From: Octopus vulgaris
Lineage: Eukaryota
Length of the DNA: 64,000 bases
Direction: 5' to 3'
Assembly: GCA_951406725.2 (NCBI GenBank)
Contig: OX597821.1
Span: 60,946,001 to 61,010,000, forward strand
How positions within the stretch are numbered: position 1 is the first letter of the stretch; the number at the start of each line of letters is the position of its first letter. Below are positions 42,588 to 54,146 of the stretch, piece by piece. Made by a program: the position numbers and the translations under genes. The notes under the pieces are model-generated. The model was not told the DNA's origin and did not search any database. It saw only the letters and a list, made by a program, of their open reading frames with translations.

Positions 42588-44243
42588 CTGTGTTTTTGTA
42601 TAAGTGCGTGTGTGTATACACACACATATACAAAATAGATACACGATTTGTTCAATTCCTATCCTTCTAATGGAAGTCGATTAATGATATTATTCAAAGA
42701 ATCTCAAATTTAAACAAAAGTCTAATTACGTTTCACACAACAACCTAGTGTGTTGTTTATATGATGGTTAAATGTGTAGTTTTCTGTTGAAGTTGTTTGA
42801 CGCATGAATAGGTATTTATATAATGCATTATTATTTTTTTTTTCTGGTGGGAAAATATTGCAATTGTTGTAAAATCACTGTTGATTTAAATGGGATTAAA
42901 AGATATCCTGTTTTAAGTGCGTGTCTGTTTTTAATCTCTTAAGCTGATAAAGTAATTCTCGAATGAGACGATCTAATATTCTAAAAGAGTGTACGTATGA
43001 GAATATCTAATAATATTATAGCATACTGAACGTCTGTGTTTTTTATACTATGACACAAATGAATGTAATTATAGAAACATAGCTTGAATACTTAGAAGGC
43101 AAAACACTTTATTTGAAACAAATACATATAAAAAAAACGAAGCCAATAAAGTATTTCGTTTCAAACGTTATGGAAAATTGCATCGTAGGTAATTGGTAAA
43201 CTGAATGAAAAAAACTAATAAACGAAAGAAGACTACAAAAATTATTGTGTTATGTGTAAAGTCTGGAACGCATCGTATTTGTTATTTTTGGAAAACAAAA
43301 TCGTAGCTTAGTTTAAGGGGAAATAAAAAGGCTGAAAATGTCTCCTATCACTTAGAAAAGCATATATGCATCACTGCAGACCCATAAGCAGAGAATCATA
43401 CGATTCTCTGATGATATGAAACGTCGATTCAAATCTTATAGGTAGTGTTTAATTCTGAAAGCGTCCACAAGAAGAATTTCTTTTATTGGTGAAATATTTG
43501 ATAAAATGTGCAAAATAGTTGCGAGAGATATTCTAGTATGGTAGAACGTCTGTTGCAACAAAAACCGAGAAATATCACCTCAAGCTCGGGAAAAGTATGG
43601 AAGTGAGTCCAATGTTTTGGAAAATTGGTTTTATTAAAATACCTAAGATTATATATTTGCTAAATTCGGTAGTTCTAGTAAAATTTGTAGTAGTTGAATC
43701 TACTTATGTAGGGTGACAGCCTAATAGGAGAAAATCGTAGAAAGGAGAGGAATAATTGAAATGAAATTTCATAATCATATATCGAGACTATAACTAACAG
43801 CCAAAATGTATGAACTTCGCCCATTGCATGGAAATAGTTTAGACTTTCTGAATTATCGATTCATACGAAAATATCAGTACATACAATTATTTTACATATG
43901 AAATAGCCAGACACTGAAAAAAAATTTCTAATAACGCCTCGACAGTGGTGACCAAATCAAATTTAAAAATAAACACGCCATTTTCATTACATTCAGTACA
44001 CCTTGTTTCAGATAGATTCTTGTTTATAACTCAACATGTTTAAATACTAATGTCATTTGATCAATATTGTATAAGCGAATTATCATTTCTTGTAACCGTC
44101 ACATATGCTGAGTTATTAACACAGAGACGCATCTCCATATAGGCTCAACAGTTATCTCTGAGTACGTTTTATTGAAGGCTTTCCTTGTAATTATTTACAT
44201 TATTTACATTTGACGGATATTTCTCTTCATCTTGTTTGTTGTT

Positions 44244-44289
44244 AACAAAATATTTCGGCTGATATACCCTCCAGCCTTCATCAGGTGTC
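44244..44289 (-). ncRNA. Minimal type I hammerhead motif (family B, copy 2)
   Basis: GACAC-CUGAUGA-A-GGCUG...CAGCC-GAAA-UA-UU-UUGUU; the first stem I pair is mismatched. Confidence 0.7.
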
Positions 44290-44381
44290 TTGGGTAAATT
44301 TCGAACCTAGGTTCATATTCCTCAGGTATTTTTCGATGTTATTACTATTATTATTCAGGTCACTGCCTGGAATCGAACTCG

Positions 44382-44431
<50 letters not shown>

Positions 44432-44484
44432 GCAACACCGAAAAATACCTTCTGAAGGAGAACCCAGGTTTGCAATTTTCCCAA

Positions 44485-44531
44485 GACACCTGATGAAGGC
44501 TTGTAGGGTATATCAGCCGAAACATTGTGTT
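44485..44531 (+). ncRNA. Minimal type I hammerhead motif (family B, copy 3)
   Basis: GACAC-CUGAUGA-A-GGCU...AGCC-GAAA-CA-UU-GUGUU. Confidence 0.8.
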
Positions 44532-45520
44532 AATAAACAAGATGAGGACAAATATCCATCAAATGTAAATAATGTACATAATTCCTCATCTCTTAAATAT
44601 AAAACTGTTTCCTTGTAATCTTTATCAATTTATGTTGCAAGATCCCCGATGAGAAATTGTGTGGTGAAACAGATATTGTTGTATTTCGGGTTGGTCATTT
44701 TTACTTATATATTTCTTTTTGCCAGATAAACACACGCACTATATATTTGTTCTTCACTCATTTATTAGTGTTCATATTTTTCTTTTTTTATTTTAACTCA
44801 TGTCCATTGTCCGGAAATCTTATGTCACACATCTGTGACCTCTTCAGCAACACTTTTCGTTTTCTTGCTCCACTTACTGCATTGTGTTCTAAGATATGTG
44901 TTTGCGTCCGTGTATGTGTGTATGTGTATGGTTATGGGTGTGAAGGTGTTTGTGTGTGTGTGTCATTGTTCTTAGCCGCATCCTCTCACTCCATTGTGCT
45001 GCTGCTATCCTGAAACCCGAAAATTTGGTACAGCTCTCTTTCCTTGTAATATTATTTATGTTCTGTTTGTTGGAATCAATGAGCAACGACATCAATATGA
45101 ATGTTGTTCATGATATCAGTATCCAGTACTTACATAATTTGCTACACTCGTACACTGTACATATATATTTCTCTGTGGAGAAATGGACGTCTGTATCAAT
45201 TTGGATAGCATTAGGAGCAATGAACTGGAAAAGAAAACGGGGTACAATAAAAGATCATTGTAGCAATCTATGCCAAATGAGCATACAAATCTTTGCTCTT
45301 CTTTTAGGACATATTTTAGTGTAACTATATAAGAAAAACACAAACATGCACACATATTTACACTCAAATACACACACACACACACACATGCACATACACA
45401 CATGTATAATGTATGTCATTCTCTTCTCTTAAATTGATTCAAAGTTTACAATATTTTAATCTCGAATTTAAAACGAACTTATAATTTGTTTTCAATCATT
45501 CTTACTTTTTGAATATTGTT

Positions 45521-45907
45521 TTATTACCTCCGCCTTACCGAAGACGGATCTAGTGTTTTCAATCGTGTTTGATTGTTTGTTAGTTTGTTTGTTTGTCCCT
45601 GAACAAGATATCTCAAGAACTGCTACATGGATTCGGGTGAAACTTTCAGTGATGTTTGGCCTTGTGACTAGCACGAACCGATTAGAATCTGGGATCGATC
45701 CGAAACCGGTCAAGGATTCTGGATTATTTTTCCGGTTTTTTTTAATCTTACTTTTTGAGAGCTGTGGGGTATATTTCTAGTATTCTCGTTTGTTAGGGCA
45801 ATCGAGTTTATTTCAGATATTCTCATTTTAAAAATCATCCCTGGCTAATCGTTGAGAGGCCATTGGTGTTGCCTTGGCGGAGGTTTGCGCTCTTTGAGTG
45901 CTCTTGT
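45521..45907 (+). mobile_element. Intact non-autonomous Helentron-type (HINE/DINE-like) element
   Basis: T-rich flanks, subterminal inverted repeats ACCTCCGCC / GGCGGAGGT, GTTT microsatellite, GAAACTTTCAG core, 3' hairpin GCGCTC-TTT-GAGTGC. Confidence 0.8.
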
Positions 45908-47356
45908 TTTATTTTATTTTATTTTAAAGTAATAATTAAGGTAATCATTTTTATCTTTTCAAACTAGAATAGATTTCATAATTTTGTATTAGTATTAAGA
46001 AATTCCATAAAAGTTGAATTATAATTCTTTTATGTATGATATATATTTCCTAATATTACTGCTGGTTGCAAAAGTATTCTTCCTAAGTCACCCGTCACAT
46101 GACAGGTAACACGCTAGCATACCTATGAATTATATATATATTTCTAAATGTACCTCTGGGAAGACTATGAGTTTTCGTTTATGAGGAGATAATTCACTTT
46201 TATGAAGATAGTAAATATAATTAGATTCAAGATCTTTATTGAAATTCTGCTGAATATGTTTTTCTGCCGGGCATAATTCTATGTATCGAAACTGAAAAAT
46301 GAAATCCGAATGAAAATGTTATGCCTCAAAGTAAGAATTGTTTCATAGCATTGTTTTAATTCACCAGTGCAATTTAGGCAATACTATTTTTGTTGAAAGT
46401 TTGAGCGCATTACTTCTAATTACCTCGTGTTTGTGGTTTCATAATGTCGATTTATAGATCTGTAGACTTGTGCGTGGTACAAGGGTATAAACGGATACAT
46501 GAGTTCTGTATGAGATTCGTAAGTCTATAAACGTAAGTCTGTCGGGAGAGGAAGTATTGCTATCTATATTTTACCCACTGAACGCATAACTGTATCTCTT
46601 AAAGAATGCCCAACAAATCATTAAAATTTCGTGTTTACTTTTTTTCTGAATTTGTCTTTTCCCTGTCAGTTATAGATTATTAGTGTGATAGTTCAATCTT
46701 TATAGCATGGCTAATTATATCAATTATTTGTTTTTCAAAGAATTAAAGTTGTAATCAAACTGTAATTATATTTTTTCGGTGAAATTGTTTTTTTCTTTTG
46801 GATCTATTTTTTCAATATGCAGTAATATACGCTATGTAAATAAACTCCACAGTGACTGTGAATAATACGTTGATCATACAGACCGAAAAGTAATAATTAT
46901 TAAATATTAAATAATTCCGTGCTAGTTTTATTTGAATTTCTACAGTAGCTCACAGATTTTAAAAATAATTCGTAGACTTGTATACCATTTCTCCAAAGAA
47001 AACTTTCGCATGCCAGCTAATGTTTTATTTTCTCTCTTTAATCCTAAGTTTTAAATTATGGTAAATAGCATGGCATCACTCTGTTGCTAAAGTAATATGG
47101 TCATAGCGAGAATTAAATTGAATTTTTCACCAGATTATACTGAGAAACCTCAGATTCGTTTTTGAAATAAATAATTTCGTTCCGATTTTATATCAAAATG
47201 TATTTTGTCTGGTTTCTTTTTATAGTGAGTAATATATTTGTTAACAGATGAAACTTGGTACGTAGTCAATAGAAAGCACTCAAGTAATTTTTTCACATTC
47301 AAAAAGTTATTGGAAATAATAAATCTGATCGTCTTGTTACAAAAAAGCATTTGCTG

Positions 47357-47439
<83 letters not shown>

Positions 47440-47484
47440 ATGTTTGTGTATGTGTGTGTGGGAGTGTATGTGAGTGCGTGTCTG

Positions 47485-47980
47485 AACGTGCACGGCTCAC
47501 TGGTTAGAGCGTCGGACTTACGAGTTCGATTCTCGGACTGGGCTGTGTGTTGTGTTCTTGAGCGAGACACTTTATTTTGTGTTGCTCTAGTTCATTCAGG
47601 TGTCGAAATTAGTTACTACGTCACTGGTACTAAACTGTATCGGCCTTTGTCTTTCCCCTGGAGAACATCAGTGGCGTGGAGAGAGGAAAATAGTCTCCCA
47701 TAAACAACCTTGCCTTGACCTGTACCTCACATACATACACACAAAATTATAAGTCCTCTTTAAATATGTGTGTGTGTGTGTGTTTCTCCTCCCAACATTG
47801 CTTGACAACCGATGCTGGTGTGTTTTCGTCCCCGTATCTTAGCGGTTCAGCAAAAGAGACCGACAGAATAAGTACTAGGCTTACAAAGAATAAGTCCTAG
47901 GGTCGATTTGCTCGACTAAAGGCGGCGCTCCAGCATGGCCGCAGTTAAATGACAGATGCAATTAAAATAATAAAAGAATA
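47485..47980 (+). mobile_element. SINE family 3-like head region followed by a SINE family 2 3' half
   Basis: GGCTCACTGGTTAGAGCG...GAGTTCGATTC A/B boxes; family 2 tail from 47770. Confidence 0.7.
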
Positions 47981-48139
47981 TATTTGGACAAAGACAAAGG
48001 GAAGGGGGTAAAACCTGTGTCTGTATGTGTACATAATTGGAGCATATTTGTAAAGCTTCGCATATGTTAATAGTCTCTTTAGTGATTTGTCTTGCTTTTT
48101 ACATTTTTACATTTGATGTGTTTATGTGTTTTAAGGATG

Positions 48140-49418
48140 TGAAACCCACCGTTTAAGCAAATTTCTAGACATCTTACGGAAACCCTTGCTGAAATACATC
48201 AAAAGTCTCATTAGAAATGATTTAGACATGCTAGAACCCCAACCAAAAACAATTAATGAAGAGGCAATATTGGTTACCCTCGAAGTTATCAATCTTTACA
48301 CCAGCATCCCCCATGACTATGGAATAAAATCAATTAAATTCTGGTTGGAAAAGTACCCCGAAGTACTCCCGGAACTTATAAACCAGATCTTTATTATTGA
48401 ATCCTTAAGATTTATACTTCAGAACAATTATTTCCTATATGATGACACATACTATCGACATTATTGCGGAATTGCGATGGAAACGAAAGCAGCCCCTGTT
48501 CTTGCGGACCTAATAATGGGTTATTTTGAATTCACCTGATATGAAGTATCTCTTCAGAAATATGGTTACCCATTTTACCTCTACATAAGAGAAAAGTGGA
48601 AGAGATACCTGGATGACTGCTTTATAATTTGGAAAGAGATATCGACACACTTTTGGATTTCAAATCGACACTAAATGATATAAATAGTAACATTCAATTC
48701 ACAATGGACAACTCCCATTTTTGGACATCATGATAAAAAAGTCAACAATCAAATCATAACTGACATTTATTATAAACCAACTGATTCAAAACATTATCTT
48801 AATAATGGCAAAAGGGATTTGCACAATAGTGTCTGATAGAACAACTCTGGACCTTCGTTTTCAAGACCTCAAAACAACGCTTATTAAAAGACAATATCCA
48901 CCCTCACTTATCGACGAGGGAATTAAACGTGCCAAAAAACACCAAGAACAACAAAACAGAATACCACACCTCATCTCAAAACATTACTATTTATATCAAC
49001 ACACAACCCCAGAAACAATGAGACCTTGAACACTACTGTGCAAAATCTTCTTTTACTAACTAGAGATCCAAAAATGAACGACATCCTGAAAACACACAAA
49101 CTCATCAAATATAAAAAGCAAGACAAATCACTAAAGAGACTACTAACAAATGCGAAGCTTTACAAAACAACCACGAAACCAACAATTGAAAAATATTGAC
49201 GACCAAACTGTGGAACCTGCTCCAACCGACTTGAAGGCTCGGATTTACATTTCAAACAAGGACAGAGGTTCAGAATTAAAGCTAGTTTCACTTGTGCCTC
49301 TGAAAACCTAATTTATGTAATAACCTGCTCGGATGGTGGGAACAACTATATGGCACAGACGAGTATGACTTTGAGAAAGAGAACCACTCTACATAAAGAG
49401 CAAATCCGTCCCCCGCAA
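48140..49418 (+). mobile_element. Penelope-like retroelement RT + GIY-YIG, pseudogenised and truncated
   Basis: LVTLEVINLYTSIPH, ILQNNYF..DDTYY...GIAM, WKRYLDDCFIIW, YYKPTD, FTCASENLIYVITC..GNNY..QT; stops and frameshifts. Confidence 0.9.
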
Positions 49419-50012
49419 ATTATAATTTATGCGTCTCGAAACAAACCGATAGAAATTTCTAAAATTCGTTATTACCATAATATAATGGTTAATTGACAAT
49501 TTCTGTCTTTTTTTTTTTCGGCATATTTGGCCTTAGAATTTTTTTTTTGCCCTTATATTGTAAATTATTTATAAATGTAACCTTTAAGGGTATTTTTTGA
49601 TATGCTGGCCATTGATGAAATTTTTTTTCCCGAAAAAAAATTTATCCTACATTAATTATAAATTGTGTTCACTTCCGGATTCTATCAAATCACACGTGCC
49701 TCGAGATGTGCCGAAGATTTTCTATTTTGGATATATTTGGGGTACTTAGGTCTGCTCAGGACTTGGTGTTTACTTTTTCCGTGGGTATGAGTAAGTATTT
49801 CACTTATATCTCGCGTATTTGCCGCTGACGAGGAGAAAATTCTTATGAATTAACTCCGAAATTGGTCCAATACGGTAATAACGAATTTTAAAAAAAATCC
49901 TATCGGTTTGTTTCGAAACGCATAAATTATAATGGTTAATTGACAATTTCTGTCTTTTTGTTCGGCATATTTGGCATTAGAATTTTTCTTTTGACCTTAT
50001 ATTGTAAATTAT
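49419..50012 (+). mobile_element. Retrozyme / Penelope pseudo-LTR-like unit (~447-nt period) with 5' inversion
   Basis: Direct repeats 49481-49568 and 49928-50012; 49419-49476 is the reverse complement of 49874-49933; contains an HHR. Confidence 0.8.
49819..49878 (+). ncRNA. Type I hammerhead ribozyme with intact catalytic core (family C)
   Basis: UUGCCG-CUGACGA-GGAG(AA-AAUUC-UUAU-GAAUU-AA)CUCC-GAA-AUUG(GUC)CAAU-A-CGGUAA. All core nucleotides and three stems present; predicted cleavage after AUA at 49872. Confidence 0.88.
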
Positions 50013-51315
50013 ATATATATATACATACATATATATACATAACAACGTATATATTTATATGTATATACATATTATTATACACATATACCTATACATACTG
50101 TTAGACACATACACACACGCACATACAACCTCAATCATAACTGTCATACGCATGCGAATATGACCTGGGCAAATGTATCACATTTTCTATAATAAGTTTA
50201 GGTTGCTATGTAGTTCTCGAGCTGACATAGTCACTTGAACATCCAGCCCTTGGCCCTGGAAAAAATTCGGAATGCAACATATAGAAGGAAACATGATTGT
50301 AATAGCTATAGTCTAGTAGTAATTTTCAGCTGAAAGGCGTGAAGCAATATGAAAGGAGGTGCTTTGGGGGAGGTGGGAGTGCATCGTACTATTGGTCTTT
50401 ACACGCCCTCCGAGATTAATCGGATTAATGTCCTTAACTTTCGTGTTAATCTGTTGCAAACTGGAGACTGCAGGAAAGACACCTGTTGTGACGAAATTCT
50501 AGATGGCCGACATCTTAGGAAGAATAGATTTCATGAAGTAGTAGAAGTAGTTGGTGGGGAAACTGGATAAGGGTTGATCATGCTTTGGGTGATGAGAAGA
50601 GAAAATCCTTAGTAACGTTAATACGTGGAAAAACATCTCCAGTTTTAAAAGCCTGTTTAATAGCGATAGGAAAGATAGAAAGAGAAGACAGCTTAATACG
50701 TCAACTAGTACCTCTGTAGGAACTCCATAAAATGTTTGTGTGTAGCAGTGGTACCGTTCAAAATGTGAGGCCGGTCCTCTAATATGGGCTTGTGACGAGG
50801 TGCTCTAGAATTAAAGGCAGCGAACATCACCCGCATTTGGGCTAATGTTTATGATTGCACATACTCCACCAACATGCTCAAATAAGTAGGATGATTAACC
50901 AGTACAATTTCATCTTGGAAAACAAATAACGATATGTTATATTTATGATGTTGGGTCTTACAATTCCTTCACTGTGTACAAGTGTTCTGTACGCATTGGC
51001 CTAAATAAATTTAAGGTTGGCATCTGTCGCATCATTCATTTTTACTTGAAGATCTGTGAAAGTTATGGACCCGGCCCTTTACATTTGATTCCTTATATAA
51101 ATCAATAGATGTATGTATTTATGTATAGATGCATGAGATAAAAATCAATCATAGAACAGGACTTATATTTCTGATATTCATTCTGATGGTGGGTTGTATT
51201 TTAAACACACCGACGGCTGTTATTTGAACCGAGAACGAAAGCTGATGCAGATGAACACTATAGTTCTGCTTCACGTTTGCTTCGCAAAACAACATCAGCA
51301 ATAATAATAATAATG

Positions 51316-51358
<43 letters not shown>

Positions 51359-51678
51359 TAATAATAACAATAATTCTGAAAACTGAAACAAGACACAGGA
51401 AGCCTTGCCGAATACGAATACTAGCTTCAGGCAAAGTGGTAATTCAACATAAGTTTAGAAGACTGCAACACTTTGCACACACATAAGTACATATAAGCAG
51501 AAATGCATACATACATACATACATATATATATATATACACATGTATATATATATATGTGTGTGTGTGTGTGTTTGTGTGTGTGTGTATGTTTATGTATGA
51601 ATGTATGAAATGTATACGTGTATGCAGCAATGTGAATGTGAAAATATACTTATTTGTTATATGTTCGTGAGAGAGTAC

Positions 51679-51709
<31 letters not shown>

Positions 51710-52537
51710 TGTGTGTGTCTAGCTGCATGTGTAAGAACAAATGTTTAAATGTGAGTTGTGCGTGCATCTGTAAGCGTGAATAAGCATTTCATTTTATCAC
51801 TCGATTAATAAAAATGTTAGTAAAGTAAGAAAGCTGCTGGCAGACATTAATAATTACTACATCATTTGCAAAAAATATTTACGTTAGCAAAATTATTGCT
51901 GAAGCTACAAAAATGCTTAGTATTTTATCTTGTTTATATTTGAAAGTTCGAGAAAAAGAGCTGGTCGGAAACTTTGTAAGATAATATCTAATTATACTGA
52001 AAATAACAAGTTACACGCAAATAAAGGAAAAAAAAAATTCTTTGATGATATTTCTTAATTGTTTTCTCTTCATCAATTACCACAAGCTATAACTCACTTC
52101 ACAATCTGAGTTCTGACTTGAAACGTAATATAGAATTAAAAATATATTTTATAGGCAACTTGTTTATTTTTATTTTGAAATACATAAATATCTGTTTATC
52201 ATGAAATGGTCATTTTTACCCAAAAGTGCTTTTCATATCGATTTTAACAAACGGGTTAAAAACATCCTAATATGTAACTACTAAATGTTTGACAGTTTTC
52301 AAATGAAATTTCTCACATATAAATGTATTCCTAACATAGAAATGATAGATGGCAAAGATATTTGATAATTTAATATTTTATTCTGGTTTATTAATTTTTA
52401 TAAACGTTTGAATATACAACCTTTTAATTTGCAAATTGGAAAAATGTCGTTGTTGGCAATTTACTTACTGATAGTAAGCGTTCTGAGATAAGGAGAAATA
52501 AGCAGTTTGAAAATATAAGGAAGATTTATAAGTATGC

Positions 52538-52611
<74 letters not shown>

Positions 52612-52614
52612 TCA

Positions 52615-52668
<54 letters not shown>

Positions 52669-52679
52669 CATACATACAC

Positions 52680-52714
<35 letters not shown>

Positions 52715-52823
52715 TATATATATGTATATTTACATATATATATATATATATATCTATATATATATGATAGATCGCTAGACACTACACATTCTTTATTTTC
52801 TCTCCTTGTTTCTTTCTGTGTTC

Positions 52824-52859
52824 CTTTGTGTGGAAGAGCGTGAACTCGAAACGTTAAAG
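52824..52859 (+). ncRNA. Degenerate minimal hammerhead-like motif (family D) in a short repeat at ~52775-52945
   Basis: CUUU-GUGUGGA-A-GAG(CGUGAA)CUC-GAAACGUU-AAAG. Stem I, stem II and palindromic ACGU are present, but the CUGANGA box is mutated. Confidence 0.5.
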
Positions 52860-53194
52860 ACTTTTTCGAGCTTTAAACTAATACATCTGTTTGTTGCCTA
52901 TACCACCTGTTTTGTCTTTTGTTTTTTTAGTGAATTCTCCCTATATAAATATATATATACACACCTTATGTTTTTTAATGCCCTGTACCCATATATGCAT
53001 GTATATATACATATATATGTAGATATGTAAATATATGTGTATATATATATATATATATATGTGTGTGTATGCGAACATATATGTGTATATGTGTGTGTGT
53101 ATATATATATGTATATATGTATATATGTATGTATGTATGTGTATATATCTATATATCTATATATATATATATATATATATAGCATATGTATTTC

Positions 53195-53942
53195 TTTTAT
53201 TTCTTTTACGTGTTTCAGTTATTTGACTGCAGCCAGGCTGGAGCATTGCCTTTAGTCAAATACATCGACCGCAGGACATATTCTTTGTAAGCCTAGTACT
53301 TGTTCTATCGGACTCTTCTACGGAACCGCTAAGTTACGGGGACGTAAACACACCAACACCAGTTGTCAAACAATGTGGCGGGACAAATACAGAAACATAC
53401 GCAAATATACACATATGTATAGAAACACACACACACCTATATATATATATATACAGACAGACACACTTACACACACAACGGACATTCTTCAGTTTCCGTC
53501 TACACAAGGCTTTGGTCGGCCCGAGGCTATAGTAGAAAGTACTTGCCCAAGGTGTCACACAGTGAGACTGAACTCCCAACCATGTGATTGAGAAGCAAGC
53601 TTCTTACCACATACCCACGTCTGGGTTGCGGTTTCAACATGGATTTCCTGTTTGATACTACACTAACTATTCGTAGCCCCGGTACTGGACGTTTACTCTG
53701 TCTTTACCCTTTTACTTGTTTCAGTCATTTGACTGTGGCCACGCTGGAGCACCGACTTTAGTCGAGCAAATCGACCTCAGGATATATTCTTTGGATGCCT
53801 AGTACTTATTCTATCGGTGTCTTTTGCCGAACCGCTAAGTTACTGGGACGTAAACACACCAGCATCGGTTGTCAAGCGATGTTGAGGGTGGGGGACAAAC
53901 ACAGACACACAAACATATACACACACATACATACATACATAC

Positions 53943-53987
<45 letters not shown>

Positions 53988-54146
53988 TACGACGGTCTTT
54001 CAGTTTCCGCCTACCAAATCCACTCACAAGGCTTTGGTCGGCCCGAGGCTATAGTAGAAGACACTTGCCCAAGATGCCGCGCAGTGGGACTGAATCCGGA
54101 TCCATGTGGTTGGTAAGGAAGCTACTTACCACATAGCCACTCCTGA
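53195..54146 (-). mobile_element. Two tandem SINE family 2 copies (53195-53615, 53700-54146)
   Basis: Both are reverse complements of the 16773-17215 family, including heads. Confidence 0.88.

Larger units (their letters stand above)
44192..44607. mobile_element. Non-autonomous Penelope-type cassette: two inverted HHR-bearing arms with a 12-bp TSD
   Basis: Arms ~44190-44350 and ~44420-44583 are reverse complements; extra 3' tail to 44607; TTTCCTTGTAAT at 44180-44191 and 44608-44619. Confidence 0.85.

Noticed and set aside
43400-43430. CUGAUGA-UAU-GAAACGUC, a very short hammerhead look-alike
   Set aside because: No stem II, and the flanks do not pair as stem I.
50345-50760. Possible further Penelope remnant; similar vague transposon traces at 0.3-0.6, 19.5-20.0 and 43.1-43.8 kb
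   Set aside because: Too decayed to assign by eye.
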